Below are positions 13,920 to 26,624 of a DNA stretch of 64,000 nt, one piece after another (within the stretch, counting starts at the first letter, position 1; every line of letters begins with the position of its first letter). The notes beneath the pieces are model-generated. The model saw only the letters and a list, made by a program, of their open reading frames with translations. It ran no database searches and had not been told where the DNA came from. A program made the translations under genes and the position numbers. The DNA comes from Selaginella moellendorffii (lineage: Eukaryota; Plantae; Lycopodiophyta). The stretch spans positions 327,614-391,613 of the forward strand of contig NW_003314334.1 in NCBI RefSeq assembly GCF_000143415.4. The letters are read 5' to 3'.

Positions 13920-16468
13920 TTAGCAACTGTATTTATATGCTCCATTGAAGTCACCTCTTCAATGGAGTTTGTCACCGCAACACACGGGACACCCTTGAGT
14001 AGTGCGGCTCAAAAGAATAGTCCGCCGCAGTTGTACTCGACAACGCATTTGCCCTTGGAGTCGGAAGCAGGTGACCCACCCGCTATTGCGTTGAAGACCC
14101 AGCTGAGCATTTCCCATGCTGCACCTGGAGCTTTCTTTGGATTCGAAAGCTCCATAGCCGTCTTCAGTTCCTCAGGCACGGGTAAATTGACCTCCCTCAG
14201 ATCAATTCGATCGGCCTTGTCGAACGAAACTGGGAAGTCACTCCAGTCCCACTCTGCTGCAGGACCAATAACAAGGGCGAGTGTGAAGATGTGGATATTT
14301 GTCGGTATCTTCTTCTTAGCCATTATCCCATGGATCTCCTGCATCTCCTTGCCTTTCAACCTAGCCTTCACCTCGTTCAAGGCCTTCCAGAACTTGTGAT
14401 AGGATTCGGAGTCGTAGATCATATAGTGGACTGAAGATTCCACCTCTGCAAGTGCCACCATTAAGTCAATGATGGAGTTGACTTCGTCTGCATGAGTGAT
14501 CTCCTCGTTTGTGAAGTCCATCACACAAAAGATGTTCTTGACCTGCTCATCTCCGTAGGAAACGATGCTCCTCCACCTTTGATCCTCATCCGAATTCACG
14601 TATACCCGGTAAGGTTCTCGATAGGCCTCTGCTGCGGGGTCGACCTGTTTCTGAAGCCGGCGGTCGACATCCCTCTTAATGAAATTTGGATACTGATCCA
14701 ACTTCTCAGCTTTACTTTTCGTGGCATCCCGCAGCAGATCGATGAACTTGGGGGCCCCCTTCACGTACTCGTCGATGTCTTCATTTGACAACTTCAACGC
14801 TTCCATCCTCTCTTGCGTGGTGTCGATGCTCACCCTCTCCATGGCCACTTGCTCGAAGATCCAATCCTTCAATAGCGCACGAGCTCTCAAAGTCATGCAC
14901 AAGTCCTCGTATGTCACAATATGGCCGGGAGTCATTTTGGTCTTGTTGAAGACTACCTCACCACGTAAAAGGGCATTAGCCACTGTCAGAAGGTCGTCGT
15001 CGTCTAGAGACCGCGAGAAATGCAAGGCGTTGAGCTTCAAATCATTGGGCTTCCGACCGTCCTCCACACCCATTGAGTTTAGCAACTCCCCGTCATGGTA
15101 CCTCCTCAACACATCTACCCATTTGTCAAAAACAACTTTTGTCGCGAGTAGAATGTTATGGATGTTGAGTGTGTCATTGACCCCCAGTAGTTTTGAGAGA
15201 AGACTCGAGAATTCCTGCAATGGAAATGGCATGAGGCCACATGCTATGCCACATGCAATGAGGCTTACCTGCCAGGCGCTAGTTGCTAGTGCACGTCCTT
15301 GTCCTGGTTTTTGTGGCTTCTTCAGTTGAACCCAGAGCTTCCATGTTCGTGCCAATGTCTTGTGCAGACCCGATTTGTAGCACGTTTCTTGCTTGACATT
15401 CTGCGTGTGGGAGATGTATATGATAGATCGGAGGGGTGAGTTGCCTTTTATCAGGTGGACAACTCTTGTCTTGAAGACTTTCTTCACCTCCTCGCCCACC
15501 ATAATATCCACAACTATCTCTTGCATCGCCAAGCTAGAATGCTGCCCGGAGACGGCTTAGAACTGGATGTTCTGATCGTCCAACACCTTCCTATTGATCA
15601 AGTCTGGAAACCTCGTCTCGCCCTTCATTGTTCGGTAGTAGGGGATCACGTCTACGATGTCAGGTGTTACTGGACTTGCCAGCATCTTCTGCTTCAGTTT
15701 CTCCACCCACTCATCAGATACTAGCCTGTGGGTTTATTTGCTTTGGATGTCGATACGGCTCACGTCGATTGTATATACTTTGTTGGAATAGTAACAAGTA
15801 CTATTATCTGCGACGATTTTTGCTGCCTCTTCTTGCTCTTTCTGCTCTTTGCAGCTCTTCTTTTTGGTGGGTGTAGTGTTCGAACCCGAGGCAATGGCAT
15901 CACCGAGTAGCTTCTTTTTTGGAGCAGGAGAGTCGGACGTTGGCTTGAGCTTGACCACCCTTTTCTGCTTCGGGGTAGTTTCCAGATTGACCCCCTTCCC
16001 CTTCGCTTCGCGAACTGGAGGCACTCTCAACGGCTCAATGTTGGAATATTGATTTTGAACATCGCCGTAGGTGAGGTCTGTGGATTCCATGTGATCTTCA
16101 TAGACCCGCAGCGTCTTTGAAATTGTGGGCCTCCTGGACAACCTCTCCCTAGCTCCATCTAGGAATTCCTCATAGTCGCTGCCCCCCTCCGGGAAGCTAC
16201 TAGGATGTGCAAGGTGGATCTTGAAGGCGGACGCTGTCTCTACCACAAGTGCCAGTCCATATTCTTGCATGGAACTGCATGGAGTGTCTGTCACTTGGAT
16301 GAGGATCCCCATGCATTCTTTTCTCCCACCATCTATGTTGTACAGCCTCAGATCCTCGCCTTCCATCCCGAAAGTCCAACTGGTGAGCTCCTCCCCCTTC
16401 TCTGCATCCACATTGACAGTGGCTGGAAGAAGAACGCAATTCCTCGCCTGTTCAAAAATGCACAACAA
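13920..16468 (-). pseudogene. ParB/Srx-like domain fused to a degenerate beta-class DNA methyltransferase fold (Sola-like cargo)
   Basis: ORFs 15734-16468 and 14009-15532 are in one frame. The bridge reads IDVSRIDIQSK*THRLVSDEWVEKLKQKM...F*AVSGQHSSLAM (ParB-like). The C-terminus reads CVVEYNCGGLFF*AALLKGVPCVAV, resembling SAM-binding motif I of N6_N4_Mtase. Probable 54-nt intron at ~15215-15268. Confidence 0.62.
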
Positions 16469-17416
16469 TTAGAGCTGACAGATGAAAAGCTAGCAGCTGG
16501 AAATAACATGAGGCCACACGCCATTCACCACTGCATCAGATGTCTTGAGGCTGCATCCTAAGATGGCGTGAGGCTACACGCCATCTGTAACCGGACTGCA
16601 CTCGAGAGCCCAATCGGTGCATGCCAATGTTGCTACTGAATGGCATGTGACCTCATGCCATTTTCTACTTGGCCTAAAAGACTTACCATTTGAAGCCGAA
16701 TGGAGGCGTGACAATCGAGGCCGGACTCGCTGGCAAATGTGCACTATGTGTGCAGCGGATCGTAGTAGCAAGGCTACTCTACCACTTACAGTTGGAGAGT
16801 GGCGCTGAAATCTCCCGGGACGCCAAGTGGGCTGCGTGTGGGTGGCGGAGTGGGCGGTGGAGTTGGCGACGAAGTTACAAACTAGGTGTGTCTTGAAGTG
16901 GACGCCGATGCACACGAACGCGAGTGCGATGCAAGCGCGAGTGGACGCTGATGCACACGAGAAACCTGTAGAGAAGGTAGATGAGCACGAATGTGAGTGT
17001 GATCGCGAGTGGGAGCGCGATGCGAGTGCGAGTGTGCGAGCGCGAGTACGAAGCAAAATGCAAAACCTAACCTCACACGTGCGAAATGTCACGACGGTTG
17101 GTAATCCCGCAATGTCATCATTCCTCAGACTTGGGCGCCACCATTAATTTTTGGATCGCCGCGCGCATGCATGCACGTGAAATCCAAAAGAAATCCGCAA
17201 CATCATCATTCTTCGGATTGCATGCACGTGAAATCCAAAAGAAAGATCATGATTGGGATATCATTTAATACCCTCGCTATATTTATACCATGCATGATTG
17301 GATATTCCAAAGCATCTTGTATTTCCAAAAATGCCAGATGTTCAGCTAAATAAAGAATGGTATACAATGTCCTTCTTGATGACCTTGCAAAGAAGCATCT
17401 CGATCGGACACCACAT

Positions 17417-18536
17417 TGTAAGCGACTAATTTTTCCATTCTACTTTAGTCACTTAACCACACCTCCGACCACTTGGAGGAGTCTCATTCACAACCTCCAT
17501 AAGTCCCATTCAGGACTTGGGGCTTGCTAGCCCCGAGAATGGCATCCATGCCACTCAACCTTTGCATTTGGTCCAAGTGCTCCACGTGTCCGATCCCATG
17601 ACCGACACCCAAAGGTACCACTGACATCTCGGCCCGTTACGCTAAGGCCATGCCCATTCACCTTTGCTGCGCAAATGGTCCAATACCACTTGCATCACCA
17701 TCCCGTCTCTCCAAGACTGGGCCATCTGTCTACGAGGGGTCATCCTAGATCCACTCCTTAGCATCCTTAGGATGCCCACAGACCTGGGGAATCGCCTTCC
17801 CCAAACTCCCTTTGTCAGTTCCTACCAAGTCCCTTTCTGCCCCTGGCCGTGTTTGCCAACACTGCCACTGGATCGAGGCCCACAGGCCCGACCACTAAGT
17901 CCCACGGTCCTCTGGGACTTCCTCACCACACGACTGTGTCCTTGGTCACTACCCCAGAGGACTGCTCCTCTTCCTTTCCATAGTCTGGGCCTTTGGGATG
18001 ACATTTCGGAACACCGTGGCCTTACGCGAGCCACCTGGGTACTCTCCCCACCTATCGCCTTTAGGTGCTCTAGCCATGGGCTTAGAGCGAGGTTCCGTTG
18101 AGCCACGCTTGGTATCCAAGTAGGTAGTGCCACCCACACTTGGACTGAGAGCATCGGCCAGTCGATCTCCCGGGGGAACTAGAGCCGGCTCTTGAACACT
18201 TCACCAAGCTACCCCGCTTGTCGGTCCGTATTCACTCTAGTCTTGGACTTCCCAGTGGTCAGTTCATCACCCAACACTGGGTCTGGCCTTCCTAGGCCAA
18301 ACTGGCCTTTCCTGGCCAAACTGGCTCCACTGCAGTCCTCCCCCTACTATACTATACTTTTGGAGCTCACCAAACCCCCCAGGGTCTGGGAGACGAACGC
18401 TTTGGGCTTTCACCCTCTCAGGCTCCGGACTCGGACTCGGACTCGGACTCGGACTCGGACTCGGATTCGGATTCGGACTCGGACTCGGGCTCGGGCTCGG
18501 TCTCAGCCTCGGCCTCGGTCTCGGTCTCGGTCCCGA

Positions 18537-18595
<59 letters not shown>

Positions 18596-21500
18596 ACTTC
18601 GGACTCCATCTCGGACTCCATCTCGGGTCCATCTCGGGTCCATCTCGGACTCCATCTCGGACTCCATCTCGGGTCCATCTCGGACTCCATCTCGGACTCC
18701 ATCTCGGACTCCATCTCGGACTCCATTTCGGGTCCATCTCGGGTCCATCTCGGACTCCACTTCGGACTCCAACTCGGGTCCACCTCGGACTCCACTTCGG
18801 ACTCCATCTCGGACACTCCCAGATGTCATGTGTTGGTCCTTTTGGGTCCCTTTTTGGAGCCTCGCCGTTTGCTCGCTTCGTGCTCGTTCCTCGAGCACTT
18901 CGTTGGGAGTTCCACTCCTGCTCTTGACTTTTCAAGTCGGAGCTTTTGGTCCAAACTTGTTATGCTCATTTGGCTCTCGCTTCGGCCACTACCATGTGGC
19001 GCCCTTCCGGCTCCACTTTGGGGCTTAGGGATTTTGTGTCTCACAACTCCACCACCCATAGACGAAGTTCGATGTCCTCATCGAACGGTGAACCATTTTA
19101 TAAAGTAACACCCGCATGTGTTACCATTTCCATCCTTGGCGCGTAGCCAATATTTGTCAATGGTGTGACATTGAAGGCTCACCATGCCTTCTCCATATTC
19201 GTCAATGGTTGGACATTGAAGGCTCACCATACCTTTTGCATATCCTCTAAGGAGGGTAGTCTCTCCAACTTAGAGATTGATTGGACCACATATAGTGGTT
19301 CTCTCCTTTTATTGGTTTAGTTCTCGTTAAACCTCTTAGAGACCCTTCTCTAAGTCAATCCCACTACTCCTTCTCGAGTAGTCTCAATTTCCATCGATAT
19401 AACCTTTGCACTTTGGAACTTTGAATTTTGACTTCTTGGAGTCAATTTCCTAGGTGTCTCCGACACCTTGCCTTGCACCTTTTGTGCAACTCCACTTCCC
19501 ATCCTAGGAAGTTCTTTACTCGAGGGCACCATCATCCTCTCTTCTATTTCGTGCCAAAGTTCCAGTTATCATACTTTGTGCTAGGGCTGTTCATGGCCCT
19601 ATCATTTGGCTACCTTACCGCTCCCTCCCTTGGAGCTTCCACTTTCGCCTAACCGGAGCATTTCGGAATCCCTCCTTGGAAACACATTTCCTTTCCTGCA
19701 ACTTGTTAGTGTCCAACACATTAGTGTTCCTCGCCTAACTTTGTCACTTGGATTCCCCCCAAGGGATTCCACGGCCCTATCTTGGCCACTCATCTTTTGC
19801 TCCTATCCGTTGATTGTTGCACCAAGCAACATCAAATCTCTACCTCCCTCCTTGAGGTATTGTTTCGGTTCCATAGCAAAGACTCTTCTTTGCCAAGTCC
19901 AGAGGATGTTCACCCCTAGTACGTCTCTTTAGCATCTTCTGCTATGGGCTCTATCCACGGCCCAACTTCGTGACCCTCCCATGGGTCTTTTATAGAGACT
20001 ACTTTCCTCGGACTCACTATGCCATCTCACGGACATAGTTTATTTCCCTTAGGTGCTCTTCCCACTTGGTCATCACGACCAAGCCACACCACCTTAAACA
20101 GTTCAATTTCAACATTTTGAACCAGGAACTTCATTCCTTAGCCAACCAAGGACCTTGTCCTTATCTGGCCATAAGATCACCTAGTGATCTCACCTTGGCA
20201 CCTTAACAGAGTTGCCAAGAGGTACTTGGTCTTCTAGACCTCCAAATTGTCGACTATAACCCCGGGGGCATCCCCCACACTTGGCGGTGCACCCAAGCCA
20301 GCCCTTACGGCCAAGGGTTCATAGCAACTGAGATTAGGTGTCCCCATCTCACTCACCACGACCTTGGTGCCACTTGCACCAAAGCGTTCAAGTTAGATAT
20401 GCTGAGCTTTCACACTAAGCAATCTAACCGTGCATCACGACTCCGAGGCATCCCTCGCTTGGCAGTGTGCCCAAACCAGTCTCCCCACTGAGAGTCCATG
20501 ACCACCGAAATATGAGTGTCCTCATATTCCAAACCATCACCACGCCCTAGTGATTTGGGACTCAAACCCAAGCACTAGAGGGTCGGGACTCGAACCCAAC
20601 CTCCGTATATGCATCTACGGATGGCATCACACAAGATGCCTGGCGTGACTCCCCACGCCGGTGCACCAACTTATTTTTTAAAGCGCGCTACAGATCACAG
20701 CTTAGGAACCTAGTTCCTCCACACTGCCAAGTCCTCTCACTTGACATGTCTGTGATCATGCATGGACTCCTCCATGCTTGGCCCCATGGCCCACCCTTTT
20801 TGAAGTTATCACCTTCAACTAGGGTATTTGTTCCCCCGACGTGCCAATCTCGCTTGGCAAGTCCTCCGACCACTGTAACATGGTTCCTGCATAAGCGTAA
20901 AAGTTCTTGACTATCGACTTTCGTTCAAAGCCCTCTCTTTGAACACTCGGGAACTACTTCCCTAACCTTGATAGCCTTGCCTCATGGCAAGCTTCAAGAC
21001 CACGCTTCTGCTGCGCCACTCTGATTTCGCGCGTTCCATGAACCATTTACACTTGGCCTTTCTAAGTACTAAGCTACCTAGAATCGTCTTTGGGAACCTT
21101 GAAGGAACTTTGTCCCTCAGCTTGCTAAGGCCTCCCTTTTTGCAAGCCTTCAAAATGCCACATAGTCTAACATGGACAATTCTATATTTTAGACTCTCCA
21201 TGGCATCACGGTTGCTAGCGGCAACACCCTCGAGCCCCCACTTGATTCTCCACTCCCAGCTGGCATAACCAACCTTGGTTATGCCCTTTGATTTCTATGG
21301 TTCAGTTCCATCCCAATACTACTTGCCTTTGGCTTCACACCTTTCCTTCGGTCATTCTCCTCCAAACCAGGAGGATAGCTTTGCACTTTCTATCATGCCT
21401 TAGCAAGTATTCTTAGGGATGAACCTACCCAATAGCCCAGGGAGTGGTTCCTTAATCCGGGTATGCTCAGCTTATAATCCCACACACTGGGATTACATTG

Positions 21501-24259
21501 TTGCTTATGGGCCTTTACATGCTCATCACTAGCCTTGCCAAAATTCCATTTTTGGCTTTGTCCAACTTGGGTAGACAGTCCTCTCCTGTCTCCGCAACCT
21601 TGGACATTTGGATAGCACCTTCTATCCATCATTCGCTAGGGACTTAGTCCCTTGGGCTTTATCCATTGCCCTCGCGACATCAAACACCACCTTCTGGTGT
21701 TCTAGAGTGTCCGGGTGTCCCAATGATGGCTTTCTTGACAATGAGTATTTCCTTTTATGACATTGACTTACTATATCGCAACACAAGCAACTTATCCCCC
21801 GTAAGGGTATATCCAACTTCCTTATGCTACTAAGAAGTCTTGGGTAGCTACCTTCTACCCGTTTAACCAGTTATTTTGCACCTCTTGCTTAGTTGCCTCA
21901 TAGTTGTCAAGTCCTACAACTCATTGCTTGGTGCTTTCACACCTCCATCATTATCTGGGTCACCACACTCCAACTGCATGCTCTGCAGCTTAGGCTATGC
22001 TATTCCCATTTCCATTGGGATTCCTTTGGCAAGGGGTTCTCATGAACCCACCAACATAGCTTCAAGGTATCACACCTTGCACATTTGGTGTCTCCACACC
22101 ATCGGCTCCACGAGCCTACCTCTATGACATTTCCCCTTCGTGTCTAAGTCTTTGCCAAGACCAACACTGCTCTTTCTCATGCCAACCATCCGTTAGCACT
22201 GCACCATAGAGGTCACACACAACTTTATGTCAAAGTTGTTTTCTTCTGGGAACACCTTTCCCATAACTTTAGCATGGCATATTTTGCCATCGATGAGATA
22301 CCCTCTGTTCTCATCCTTGGATCCTATGATCCCCCCCCCATCCTTTGTGGGGTACAACACACCTCAGTCCAAATGCTTCCATCAGTCCTTTTAGGACCAT
22401 CCGTTGACTCTACTTGAGTTATCCAGCAGTTTTGGACTTGGTTAATCCTCAGACCCGTAAGGTCCTACTTGTGAGGCACTAGCTCACTGGAATACACTTC
22501 TTGCATTCCTGTCCTACTCAAAAGGACTATTTTCACAAGTGTTACTCCGACACTTGATTTTGTTCTCTGGGGGCAACCTTTGCCCCTTAGGACTACTTGT
22601 CCATGTGATGAGAACACCAACTCATCCACTTAATACACCCCCAACTCCTGGGGTTGTTCCAGCATTTATTAGAAGTAGCCCCGGCTACCTTTTCAAGGAC
22701 TTGAGTCCTCTTCCGTATTTGACCTCCCACGGTCATTACTTCTGGTCTCACATTCATGAGCACCAACCTCAACTATATGAAGAAAATCTTGTGACTCCTT
22801 TATTGCTTTGGAGTCTTTATCTTTCCCGTGATCCCAACTGTAGTTGTTTACCACAACTACATTAGCCAGTTTGCTAAGTCAAACGCTCATCTGGACCACA
22901 TCCTCAACTCTTTGAGGAAAATCATATACTGTTCCCAAGATCCCAAAGTCGTTCCATTATTGGCCCTTTTCTATCCACCACCTCGTCTACAAGTTCACAC
23001 ATGAACTGTAATGGAGAGCCATGTCTTCCCGACTTGCTACTCCGCAAGGATAAGCCCACTCCTCAGACCTTCCGATGCCAACACTAGTGGTGATATACTT
23101 GAGCACCAATAAAAGTCGGACTAAGGAACAGCTCCGATACCAAGTTGTAAGCGACTAATTTTTCCATTCTACTTTAGTCACTTAACCACACCTCCGACCA
23201 CTTGGAGGAGTCTCATTCACAACCTCCATAAGTCCCATTCAGGACTTAGGGCTTGCTAGCCCCGAGAATGGCATCCATGCCACTCAACCTTTGCATTTGG
23301 TCCAAGTGCTCCACGTGTCCGATCCCATGACCGACACCCAAAGGTACCACTGACATCTCGGCCCGTTACGCTAAGGCCATGCCCATTCACCTTTGCTGCG
23401 CAAATGGTCCAATACCACTTGCATCACCATCCCGTCTCTCCAAGACTGGGCCATCTGTCTACGAGGGGTCATCCTAGATCCACTCCTTAGCATCCTTAGG
23501 ATGCCCACAGACCTGGGGAATCGCCTTCCCCAAACTCCCTTTGTCAGTTCCTACCAAGTCCCTTTCTGCCCCTGGCCGTGTTTGCCAACACTGCCACTGG
23601 ATCGAGGCCCACAGGCCCGACCACTAAGTCCCACGGTCCTCTGGGACTTCCTCACCACACGACTGTGTCCTTGGTCACTACCCCAGAGGACTGCTCCTCT
23701 TCCTTTCCATAGTCTGAGCCTTTGGGATGACATTTCGGAACACCGTGGCCTTACGCGAGCCACCTGGGTACTCTCCCCACCTATCGCCTTTAGGTGCTCT
23801 AGCCATGGGCTTAGAGCGAGGTTCCGTTGAGCCACGCTTGGTATCCAAGTAGGTAGTGCCACCCACACTTGGACTGAGAGCATCGGCCAGTCGATCTCCC
23901 GGGGGAACTAGAGCCGGCTCTTGAACACTTCACCAAGCTACCCCGCTTGTCGGTCCGTATTCACTCTAGTCTTGGACTTCCCAGTGGTCAGTTCATCACC
24001 CAACACTGGGTCTGGCCTTCCTAGGCCAAACTGGCCTTTCCTGGCCAAACTGGCTCCACTGCAGTCCTCCCCCTACTATACTATACTTTTGGAGCTCACC
24101 AAACCCCCCAGGGTCTGGGAGACGAACGCTTTGGGCTTTCACCCTCTCAGGCTCCAGACTCGGACTCAGACTCGGACTCGGACTCGGATTCGGATTCGGA
24201 CTCGGACTCGGGCTCGAGCTCGGTCTCAGCCTCGGCCTCGGTCTCGGTCTCGGTCCCGA

Positions 24260-24306
<47 letters not shown>

Positions 24307-24814
24307 ACTTCGGACTCCATCTCGGACTCCATCTCGGACTCCATCTCGGGTCCATCTCGGGTCCATCTCGGACTCCATCTCGGACTCCATCTCGGACTCC
24401 ATCTCGGGTCCATCTCGAACTCCATCTCGGACTCCATCTCGGACTCCATCTCGGGTCCATCTCGGGTCCATCTCGGACTCCATCTCGGACTCCATTTCGG
24501 GTCCATCTCGGGTCCATCTCGGACTCCACTTCGGACTCCAACTCGGGTCCACCTCGGACTCCACTTCGGACTCCATCTCGGACACTCCCACGTGTCATGT
24601 GTTGGTCCTTTTGGGTCCCTTTTTGGAGCCTCGCCGTTTGCTTGCTTCGTGCTCGTTCCTCGAGCACTTCGTTGGGAGTCCCACTCCCGCTCTTGACTTT
24701 TCAAGTCGGAGCTTTTGGTCCAAACATGTTATGCTCGTTTGGCTCTCGCTTCGGCCACTACCATGTGGCGCCCTTCCGGCTCCACTTTGGGGCTTAGGGA
24801 TTTTGTGTCTCACA
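17417..24814 (-). mobile_element. Family A LARD-like LTR element, copy A2 (young), nested in the Sola-like element
   Basis: TSD CACAT at 17412-17416 and 24815-24819. Near-identical LTRs at 17417-19045 and 23146-24814. Minus-strand PBS at 23131-23142; PPT next to 19046. Confidence 0.95.
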
Positions 24815-25127
24815 CACATGAGACCACACGAGCCTTACAATGTTTCAGGGGCATTTGCCATAGATCTGACCGTTATTTTGCTCCAAGATTTTACAGTTTG
24901 GTGTGCATTGACCTTTCGATCGACACTGCAAAGGGACATCACAATCAGATGCGGGATCACAAGAAACTAACTTCACTAACTCTGGTTTCACCAAGATCTA
25001 CGTAAGGAGTTATGAAATGAAAGGACCCTCTCTATTGAAATGTGTTTATGGTCCTAGGGGCATTGTGATATATCAAAGGATTTTGCATCAAGTTCTGCAT
25101 TTGCATGTTTATCAAGCTACTGAATTG

Positions 25128-25154
25128 CTAAACCCTAAACCCTAAACCCTAAAC
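25128..25154 (+). repeat. Short interstitial plant telomere repeat / telo-box, (CCCTAAA)3
   Basis: ctaaaccctaaaccctaaaccctaaac. Confidence 0.8.
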
Positions 25155-26244
25155 ATGTGGCAAATGCTGCGTGAAGAAAGATGCCCTTTCTGGGCAAATG
25201 CTGTAAGAGGCAAATGCCGAGTAGATGTATCTCAGGCTAGCGAAGGGGACAAACGAAAGCTAGCTATAAACATGACAGGATGCAAATAGATTACTAGGCT
25301 GGTCCTGCGAAAATCAAAAACCATAATTGAAAACATTGAAAATGCAAAAAGAAAGGTTTATAATATTTTTGAATTTTAAGCAACCAAAGGAATGTAAGTA
25401 GGGCATGTGTTTGTAAGTTTAAAAATGCCTCAACCACTTAAATTCCTAAGTAAATAAAGTTGTTTCTATTTTTGGTACAAGTAAACTTTATAGCGTGTGG
25501 GCTCATGCAATTTTGAACCCAAAAATGCACCAAAAAATGCTCGACTAGCATTATTCTTTGAATGGCATGTGGCCTTATATTGCCATAAATGGACGTACAC
25601 ACACAGCATAATTATTCCTTTACATGGCGAATAATCTTGGCGCGGATCGCTGACACGGCATGGCAAAGTTCGAATCACTGACATGGCACAGCTGGATCGA
25701 GGCAAGGACATGATGTGACAAAGTTCAACCTCCGACAACAAAGTCTAGAAGCTACTCAGTTTGAAATTTGTCAGAGGAATCATAAGATCTGGTTTGTCAA
25801 AGGATTTGATGTGACGTTCAAGTGTGTGTTATTTTTGAATTCTCGAACTCATTCCTAGGTCTATCATTTTTGTGCGCCGTGTTCTTGGTTCCGCTGAGTG
25901 TAGTGAGCGCTGCTTGTGTAAGCGGCGTTGTGAGCTGTGGTTTATGCGTCTACAAGCGGTTGCGGCATTGTGAGCGCCATTGCGAGCAGCAGTTTATGCG
26001 AGTGGCAGTTTGTGCGAGCGGCGCTACGAGCAGTTGCGGTGTTGCGAGCGGCACATTCTTTGGTGTGGCTACCGCTTCCTCTTGATATTCGGCACTTGTG
26101 CTTCCTGGTATGTTCACCATGGAATGGCTTAGGACCACATTTAGAAATGGCATGAGGCCACATGCCATCTTGGGCCCTTGCAATTTCATGGCTAGCGTAT
26201 TGTCATGTATGTTTTTACTTGCCTGCAGCTGTGTGTATATCAAG

Positions 26245-26436
26245 ATGGCATGAGGCCTCATGCCATCTTTGGCCCCTGCTAGCCTATTGCCATATTCCTT
26301 TTGCCTTGCTGCAACTGTATATATTTTTGTATGGGTGACTAGTCACGCACACAAAAATATATACAGTTGCAGCAAGGCAAAAAGAATATAGCAACAAGCT
26401 AGCAGGGGCCAAAGATAGCGTGAGGCCTCATGCCAT
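26245..26436. repeat. 192-bp spacerless inverted repeat capped by 22-bp palindromes
   Basis: Arms are symmetric about GTGACT|AGTCAC (26340/26341). Overlapped by a perfect 36-bp palindrome at 26426-26461. Confidence 0.9.
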
Positions 26437-26624
26437 TAGTGGTACCACTAATGGCATGAGGGCTTATGCCAATTTTGTGAATGCGAAATTTCACGTGGGT
26501 GTCAATAGCATGTTTGAATAATAGCATGTGGCCTCATGCTATTGAGGTTGTTTGGTATGTTATGATTTAGGCCATTCTCCAATCATTTTTTGTATGGTCT
26601 TAACTTCTTTTCTACACTTTCAGA

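Noticed and set aside
25128-25154. Chromosome end or fusion scar
   Set aside because: Only about three repeats, inside a transposon; more consistent with a telo-box.
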